Below, piece after piece: positions 35,588 through 43,462 of a DNA stretch of 43,462 nucleotides. The position numbers and the translations under genes were made by a program. The notes under the pieces are model-generated. The model saw nothing but the letters and a program-made list of their open reading frames with translations, was not told the origin of the DNA and ran no database searches. Position 1 is the stretch's first letter. Every line of letters begins with the position of its first letter. This DNA comes from Octopus bimaculoides (taxonomy: Eukaryota), in contig NC_068981.1 of the NCBI RefSeq assembly GCF_001194135.2, positions 122,479,356 to 122,522,817 of the forward strand, given 5' to 3'.

Positions 35588-38019
35588 GTATATATATATA
35601 TATNNNNNNNNNNNNNNNNNNNNNNNNNNNNNNNNNNNNNNNNNNNNNNNNNNNNNNNNNNNNNNNNNNNNNNNNNNNNNNNNNNNNNNNNNNNNNNNNN
35701 NNNNNNNNNNNNNNNNNNNNNNNNNNNNNNNNNNNNNNNNNNNNNNNNNNNNNNNNNNNNNNNNNNNNNNNNNNNNNNNNNNNNNNNNNNNNNNNNNNNN
35801 NNNNNNNNNNNNNNNNNNNNNNNNNNNNNNNNNNNNNNNNNNNNNNNNNNNNNNNNNNNNNNNNNNNNNNNNNNNNNNNNNNNNNNNNNNNNNNNNNNNN
35901 NNNNNNNNNNNNNNNNNNNNNNNNNNNNNNNNNNNNNNNNNNNNNNNNNNNNNNNNNNNNNNNNNNNNNNNNNNNNNNNNNNNNNNNNNNNNNNNNNNNN
36001 NNNNNNNNNNNNNNNNNNNNNNNNNNNNNNNNNNNNNNNNNNNNNNNTATATATGTATGTATGTATGTATAATGGAATAATTACTATGAAGCATTGTGTA
36101 GAATATATTGTGTAAAAGATCATTTAGGTCAGAAGCTCTTAATAATTTTTAATTAACTTTAGATTTCCAAGAAAAAATGTTTTTATGCACCCTCCTTCAT
36201 TAAAGCACACACACAAACATATTGTTGTTTATGCATATGTGATTGTATATATACACATGCATAGACACACACATATATGCATGTATATAAATATACATAT
36301 ATACATATAATCATACATATAGAGAGCTACATGCATGCGCGCGCAACCACACACATATATGTGTGTCTATATGCCACATCATATATAATGTTCCTTATTA
36401 CGTGTATTTTGTTGAAAGAAAAAGTTTGTGGGACCATTACGCTGGTTTAGGTTGCCAATGATCGAGGTAATTAGAAAAGTATGCTAAAATTATTAGTTAT
36501 AGAGTTTCATTAATTGTTGTAACACACAATATGCATCACAAATACAATTCACGTGTGTTGCGCATGACACCTGTTTGTTCAGTTGTCATACGCAGTTCAA
36601 TTGATATATTTGCGTGATTACATGCATAATTAAGTGTTTGTTTTTTATTATCTTCCTTATCATATTTATATAAAAGGCGCAAATGTAATGAAGGTAGCTA
36701 CAGAAATAGCGTTTTTAACACATCTTACTGAGCGGGAGGGGCACAAAATAATGACTGCAGAATATTTGTTAGTGGTATGTGGGAGGATTAAATTATGCCA
36801 TAACGCATTTTTGCTCCGTCGGTGCTTTTTCAAATATGCCTCTATTGATTGGGGATTATCTAGATGCCAGCTAGCGGACATAGTCTATTTATCGGACAAT
36901 AAAGTTTAGTATAATATGAGAAATATTTTGACAAAGAAAAGTATTAAATTATTCCATTTATAATTGTGACTCGCTTGCTTCTATGAGTTTTAACACGTGA
37001 TCTGCCTTCCAACAACTGAACGGAGGAATGTCTGACAAATTTTCTACATTCATGGAAATAATCAAATTCACAAGATGGAACATATTTCGGTAATACGAAG
37101 CATGTTATATTTATATACATATATATACACACAGATATATATATATATATATATATATANNNNNNNNNNNNNNNNNNNNNNNNNNNNNNNNNNNNNNNNN
37201 NNNNNNNNNNNNNNNNNNNNNNNNNNNNNNNNNNNNNNNNNNNNNNNNNNNNNNNNNNNNNNNNNNNNNNNNNNNNNNNNNNNNNNNNNNNNNNNNNNNN
37301 NNNNNNNNNNNNNNNNNNNNNNNNNNNNNNNNNNNNNNNNNNNNNNNNNNNNNNNNNNNNNNNNNNNNNNNNNNNNNNNNNNNNNNNNNNNNNNNNNNNN
37401 NNNNNNNNNNNNNNNNNNNNNNNNTATATATATATATATTTACTTTCACGGAAAATCTTTTGAATAGTCATTTGAATAATCCGTGTCGTAAAATTCAGAA
37501 AAATGATTTAAGAAATTCAAATTGTAATGGAATATCTAACCTAGACTTTATATGTCGAACGGAGACATAAATGAGTTTCTATGTTGAAACATAGGATTCA
37601 TGTTTTCTCTTTTTGTGAGCAGTCGCTCTCTCTACGTAAAGTATGCCTATCTACTTTTAGTGACACACATTTTTTACTTTTTAAACAACGTGAGTAAGCT
37701 CAAAGCTTAAAACAGTATCATGTTAACTGCTCTATCACCTTCTATATCAGACGAACATTTACAGCGGTAATAATTTATGAAACCTAAGCGAATATTTTTT
37801 CGATATATTATTTTTAAAAAGAATTATAAAAAAATACTTTTTTGAAGTATTATTTTGTTACGATACCAAATGATTTGTTTGTGTATGTTTTGTTTGTATG
37901 TGTCTATAATTAACATTTTCCAAAATCTTTCCTCTGACCGAGATAATATATAGCTTTACGTATACATTTTTTTCTTGTTTCTGTCATAGGTCTGTATCCA
38001 TAATGGTGCAATGCCTTGA

Positions 38020-38190
38020 AGCAATCAAGTGAAACTAATCGACCCCAATTCTTATTTTTTTAGCCTGATAATTGTTCTATCAGGGTTTTTGCGGAACTGT
38101 TATGTTACCGGATTGTAAACTCCAGAGTATCAGTTGTCCAATGTTGTTGGTGGTCAAACAATTACATAAAGGAACGCACTCATTCACGCT

Positions 38191-38239
<49 letters not shown>

Positions 38240-38300
38240 AACAGCCTTCTTTCCAGTTCCGACTACCATATCTACTCACAAGATTCATAGCAGTATGAGG
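38020..38300 (-). mobile_element. SINE family 2, degraded
   Basis: CAACAGCCTTCTTTCCAGTTCCGACTACCATATCTACTCACAAG is the reverse complement of the family-2 middle segment. It has an internal (CA)n, and ATCGACCCCAATTCTTATT matches the 3' part. Confidence 0.7.
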
Positions 38301-38358
38301 GAGTGGTTCCCAAAGCGCTAGTGAACCGGCGAACAAGAAAAATATATACATCCATTAT

Positions 38359-38429
38359 GAAGAAGAAGAAGAAGAAGAAGAAGAAGAAGAAGAAGAAGAA
38401 GAAGAAGAAGAAGAAGAAGAAGAAGAAGA
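38359..38429. repeat. (GAA)n microsatellite, forming the (TTC)n tail of the adjacent minus-strand SINE
   Basis: About 23 units, read directly. Confidence 0.95.
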
Positions 38430-38622
38430 GTTTCAGATTTTGGCACAGAACCAGCAGTTTTTGAGAGGAGTACTTGGTTGTTATTTATTTTGTCGTTCTA
38501 AACCCAGGGAATAAAAGGCAAAGTCAAACTTGGCGGGTTTGGATCTCTAAGAGTAAAGACAGGCAAAATGTCACTAAATATTTCGTCAGACAGGCAAACG
38601 GTTCTGTCAGGTCACCGTCTTA
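38430..38622 (-). mobile_element. SINE family 1, diverged
   Basis: TTTCAGATTTTGGCACAG tail, AAAGGCAAAGTCAA and the CACCGTCTTA head. Confidence 0.75.
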
Positions 38623-38729
38623 ACAACAATAACAACAATAATAACAACAACAACAACAACGACAACAACACCACTACCACCACCGCCAACAACAACAACA
38701 ACAACAACAACAAAAACAACAACAACAAC

Positions 38730-38780
<51 letters not shown>
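38623..38780. repeat. (AAC)n-(AAT)n compound microsatellite
   Basis: Direct reading. Confidence 0.95.
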
Positions 38781-38782
<2 letters not shown>

Positions 38783-38978
38783 ATAACAAAATATCGGGAC
38801 TTACAAATATATATAAAATACAGAAAATTGCACTACTGGGCACTGCACACATCTAAAAGCAAAACACTTTCAATACAGTAACCATAAGAGCATCACAGCA
38901 AACCACACCACATACCCAAGGCACACAGAGCTGCGCTCGGTAGTGAAGTGAAAGCACGCTATAAAAATGAAACTACTG
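38781..38978 (+). mobile_element. R4/Dong subfamily A, 198-bp 5'-truncated copy
   Basis: Near-identical to about 12830-13025, with the same ACTACTG 3' end and (AAT)n on both sides. Confidence 0.92.
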
Positions 38979-39010
38979 AATAATAATAATAATAACAACA
39001 ACAACAATAA

Positions 39011-39196
39011 CTTCACATTTTGTCACAAGCGCAGCCATTTCGGGAAAGGGGATAAGTTGATTACTCAGAGTTTCACTGGTACTTAATTTATTGACTCCGA
39101 AATGATGAAAGGCAAAGTCGATTTCGCGGAATTTGAACTCAGAACATAGCGGCAGACGAAATACCACTAAGCATTTCGTTTGCCAGCTCGGCTCCT
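39011..39196 (-). mobile_element. SINE family 1
   Basis: GATGAAAGGCAAAGTCG, GCGGAATTTGAACTCAGAAC, GCAGACGAAATACCACTAAGCATTTCG and TGCCAGCTCG. Confidence 0.85.
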
Positions 39197-40435
39197 CAGC
39201 AATAATGATAATAATATTAACAATTAGATGAAGACGAAGAAGAATATTGATGATGATATGCTTCTATCTCACTGACGCTACAATCTCGTTCAAAGTTAAT
39301 CCTTTTTGCATCATCATTTGACAAATGTTTCTATATTGCTCATGTATCTTACCCGTACAATTGTGTTCGTAATACGATTGAGTTGCATTTAAAATGCTAA
39401 GAATTCAAACGAATATTAAGGTTTTCAAATTTCATTAACATTTGTAAGCTTTCATCCGGATAACTTAACAATCCTGGTGTATTCCTGGGTGTGTATGAGT
39501 CAATCCTAGATTAAGCATAATAATTATCCTGCAAATACAGCTAGGGCCCAACTCCAGCCAACAAACGGTTTATAGACTAAACGTTATATAAATTTTAGAA
39601 TTTGAATCATAATGAGTCATTAAGCTTTCTTTTATGTAGGATATTGTATATTTTCCCTGCAAGTAAAATTCCAGAATCAATATGTCAAATAAAATTATAA
39701 ATTCCAAAACGAAGTATTATTTGGATTAAGAGTTAGTTTGTTGCCCGTAGAGTTTCTCTAAGATTACGTTCAGTAATCGGCTTGGATGTAGTAGTGATGT
39801 TAAGACAACCCAGATAATCGTATAAGTTACAGAAGTGGATATATCTTTTGATCTCAGGCAAATATTCAGAAATACTTTGTATCTTTATACGGTCAGATAG
39901 TAATTCAATTGTATATTTGAAGGAAAATATTTTCTGCTAGAAAGAAACATTATTTCCTTATATCAAAGTAATATTTATTTTTTGCAGATGAAATCGAGAA
40001 AACATCTGTATTATTTTCTTAAATCATGGTAGATGTGCAACTCTGTTAAAAGAGACTCAGTGAATTTATGAGATTACGCTTTGCAAACTGTATTGGAATT
40101 TTCATTTATATTTACATATGCATATATCTACCTATGCATACACGCCCAAACACACCCACACGCACATATAGATACACTTGGACATATGTGTGAGAGACAT
40201 ATGTGTGAGGCGTATATATGTGTGTGAGCGTGTTTGCGTGTGCGCGTGTTCTTTTGTGTGTCTCTGTGGTGTGTGCGTGTTTGTGTGCACGTGAGAGGGA
40301 GAGAGAGTTTCACTGTATTCGTTTTTTAATCAAATGTTGACTCCGAGTTCTGCTATCGTGTCTGGTGAGGTTAAACTCAGATAAGACTGACATATTTTGA
40401 TACAATACATGTTCTATAGACTGTACTAAAAATGA

Positions 40436-40645
40436 TGGTTTCAAATTTTGACAGAAGACCAGCAATTACAGGTGGGGAGATACGTCAGTCACGTCGACCT
40501 TCTCCGATACAGTGCTCAACTAGTAATTCTTTTATTGATCAGGAAACGATGAAAGACAAAGTCAAACCTGGCCGCATTTCAACTCAAGTATAAAATCTGA
40601 AGCATTTTGTCTGGCACGGTAACGATTCAATAAGCTCACTGCCTT
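40436..40645 (-). mobile_element. SINE family 1, diverged
   Basis: GGTTTCAAATTTTGAC tail, CAGTGCTCAACTAG, GATGAAAGACAAAGTC and AACGATT..GCTCACTGCCTT. Confidence 0.75.
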
Positions 40646-41025
40646 CCCCTTCCACAAACATTGAGATATTTATCAAATAATATTTATGGTGAGTAAAATG
40701 AATATTTAACCTATTTTAGCATCCTTATAATACGATACTGAGAGAAATATGCATAAACCTGCACAAATACTATACATGTATACATAGCCGAAAAACACAT
40801 ATCATAATGAACTAAAGAAATTGAATAATAGAAGAAACGCGAAAAAAAAACTTAGAAGGCAACATATAGAAAACGCAAACAGTAAAGAACGGAAAGCAAA
40901 ACGCGGCAAACGGAAAACGAAACACAAAAAACTAAAATGTAAAAATTAAAAGATGAAAGGGTAAAAGATCTATCCTCCTTAGATAAGGCTGAAAAGATAA
41001 GTCAGTGAGGAATACGCGGAAGTTT

Positions 41026-41710
41026 TCAATTCTTCAAAATATATTTATAAATATGCATGCACCCACTGAAAATTTCTGACCTGGAGTTCAATAGAGAGTT
41101 AGGGATCTTAGATCTGAACGAGATCTGAACTCTTTCAGCCAAACAAATTCTACATTTATTCGATTCATTCACAGATAATAATAATGGTGTTTCGTTATCT
41201 TTCGAAGTCCATATGCAGCTAGCCAAATTAGTAGCTTTACTTTTGTCCTTATGTTGGAAAGAGGCTATGAGATTGGCATAGCGCTTTTTAAATTCATTTT
41301 ACATAATCCAATATAGGTCTTCTAATCAGTTCTATTATTAGTTCGGGTTACCCGTAACTTCTGCCTCATATATGATATATTTAGTCATACATTGTTGGTC
41401 AAGTGGATAAGATGCTTGGTCGCGAAGTTGCCCATTTGACCAGCGATTCCCATAGATATCTAATTCATTCCATTTAAATTTTATGTGAGAAGATCTCTGA
41501 TTTACTACAGGTGTTCCATTTTTTGTCAATGCTTCGCTGTATTATTAACGTGTCATCACATTTTACGTCTTTTATCCTTTTCCATACAAGAAAATAATTT
41601 ACAATTTTTTTCTTCTTAAGTAGATAAGCAGTATACTTTTGAGGTATTAACTGCAATACCAAATTTTCTATACAATTTATAGCGTACATTACCGACATTA
41701 TTTTCCTCAA
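41026..41710 (-). mobile_element. Penelope-like element, decayed GIY-YIG endonuclease region (second family)
   Basis: Minus strand: YPLDQQCMTKYIIYEAEV..KTYIGLC..FKKRYANLIASF..ATNLASCIWTSKDNE..KCRICLAE..LLNSRSEIFSGCMHIYKYILKN*. IIY/YIG form the GIY-YIG motif. Confidence 0.85.
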
Positions 41711-41939
41711 TAATTCTTATAATATCCAACGAAATTCATAGTGATGATCGGAATTTAGTTAAGCCAGTATTTTTTATTACAGCTTTTTGACTCTGTAAAT
41801 AAAGCGCCAACATATTTAAAACAAAATGAAGCAGGACAATGATAATAATATTTAGTTACATTATCATTTTTTTATAAGAAACATGAGCGGAATTGGTAGA
41901 CACAACCTTATAGATAACTTTATATATATATATGAGTGT

Positions 41940-41979
41940 GTGTGTGTGTATATACATATATACATACATACATACATAC

Positions 41980-42070
<91 letters not shown>
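41940..42070. repeat. (TG)/(TACA)/(AAT)n compound microsatellite
   Basis: Direct reading. Confidence 0.95.
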
Positions 42071-42071
<1 letters not shown>

Positions 42072-42099
42072 CATAGTAATAATGATAATAGTAATCTTT

Positions 42100-43305
42100 T
42101 TCCGTCCGTTTAATTTTTTCCTTAAGTCCAAACTAAACGAGCAGAATAAGATTCACGCTATAAACAACCTGGGCGGTTTCACTCCTTAGATTTGGAGCAG
42201 GGGTAATCACATGAACTGTGCACGAACTAAACAGTTTAAACAGACAGACAAGGAAACTGCTAACTAGATGTGGGACGCCATTCAAAAAGTGACAGACAGA
42301 TTGTATGTACCAAGAAAAAGAGGGGGAAGAGGACATATTGGATGCGAACACAGCATTAGAGCAGAAGAAAACAACATAGCATGGTATGTAAAAAATGCCA
42401 CAGAACCGCTATTCTTGGAAATAAGGTCGGGCGTGTGTAGGATGAAAGATTGTAAAGATAAAGCACTGTACAAGCAATTGTAAACGAATGAAACTGAAAA
42501 TAGATGGATAAAGAAAACAATGTATGGACAATTTCATAGGGATGTTGAAAGAATGCCTATGGATGACTAAAGGGATCTAAAACCGGAAATGGAAGCCCAA
42601 GAATAAACACTAAGAGCAAAGTACATAAAATACAGAATAGACAACACAGCCGAAAGTGATAAGTACAGAATCTGTGGACAAAATACTGAAACCGTGTGGC
42701 ATATTACCAGCCAATGTACGCCACTAGCCCAGAAAGAATATAAGAGACGTCATGACAATATAGCCAGGCTTGTCCATTGGACACTTTGCAAGAAGTATGG
42801 ACTTGACAGAGAAAAAAGTTTGGTACGACCACAAGCCCGAAGGCATCATCGAAAATGATAATGCAAAGATCCTGTGGGATTTTATGATTCAGTGTGACTA
42901 TGAGATAGCGAATAGAAAGTCAGACGTAGTCTTAATTGACAAAGAAAGCAAACTATGCTGGATCAGAGATATAGCTTGTCCAACTGACAACAAAGTATGC
43001 GGTAAGGAAGAAAGAAAAATCGATAGATATGACAGGTTAGCTTGGGAGATTAAGCAGTTGTAGTCGATGAAAAAGGTGATAGTTGTACCAATAACTGTCG
43101 GAGCCCTGGGAACAGTCAGTAAAACACTTGAGAAGTACATGAAACAAATAGGGGCTGCAATAACGGTGGAGCACTTGCAGAAAACAGCACTGCTTAGAAC
43201 CGCTCGAATATTCTGAAAGGTGCTCGAAAAGATGTCTTACCTTAGTTCATTGATAGTGAACAGCTAACACCGTTTTTTTTTCATCGTTAGAAGAGTTGCA
43301 AAGGC
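42100..43305 (+). mobile_element. R4/Dong-clade non-LTR retrotransposon, about 1.2-kb 5'-truncated decayed copy, subfamily C
   Basis: KSKLNEQNKIHAIN..DRLYVPRKRGGRG (post-RT region), zinc knuckle [Y]RICGQNTETVWHITSQC, RRHDNIARLVHW, KILWDFMIQCD..RKSDVVLIDK..DIACP (RLE), VVPITVGALG, LQKTALLRTARI, then a 3'UTR and (AAT)n at 43306-43368. Confidence 0.92.

Positions 43306-43368
<63 letters not shown>
43306..43368. repeat. (AAT)n tail/target array
   Basis: Direct reading. Confidence 0.95.
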
Positions 43369-43369
<1 letters not shown>

Positions 43370-43462
43370 GAAGTCTTGTGAAAACGAAAGCCATCCCCAT
43401 TAGAAGAGGAATATTCCAGGGAGACACGCTCTCTCCACTCCTGTTCTGCTTGGCACTCACAC

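Noticed and set aside
565-43462. Long ORFs in the track (poly-X, IY, VC, HT, poly-N/I/M/S peptides)
   Set aside because: They are read-through of N gaps and microsatellites, not genes.

Overview
AT-rich, repeat-dominated eukaryotic genomic DNA with 13 N-gaps, most of them flanked by microsatellites. The repeat families and the gap pattern suggest a short-read cephalopod (octopus-like) scaffold; that is an inference. No host protein-coding gene, true RNA gene or CRISPR array can be supported, and almost all long ORFs in the track are microsatellite or N artefacts. Recognisable content: (i) a complete but decayed 1287-bp mariner (30979-32265, minus strand, TA-flanked); (ii) beside it, the 5' part of a Helitron (about 32343-33483, minus); (iii) five or six 5'-truncated R4/Dong-clade RLE non-LTR retrotransposon pieces with at least four different 3' ends, all on + and all tied to (AAT)n arrays; (iv) two decayed Penelope-like GIY-YIG endonuclease remnants (26430-26800 +, 41026-41710 -), plus a Penelope-type terminal repeat carrying a minimal type I hammerhead ribozyme motif (27593-27640) and a partial inverted copy of that terminus; (v) about 20 tRNA-derived SINE copies from three families; (vi) many simple repeats. 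A few isolated candidate exons have good splice signals but cannot be assigned to a gene. The most interesting signals are the hammerhead motif and the way SINEs and Dong LINEs colonise the same (AAT)n arrays in opposite orientations.
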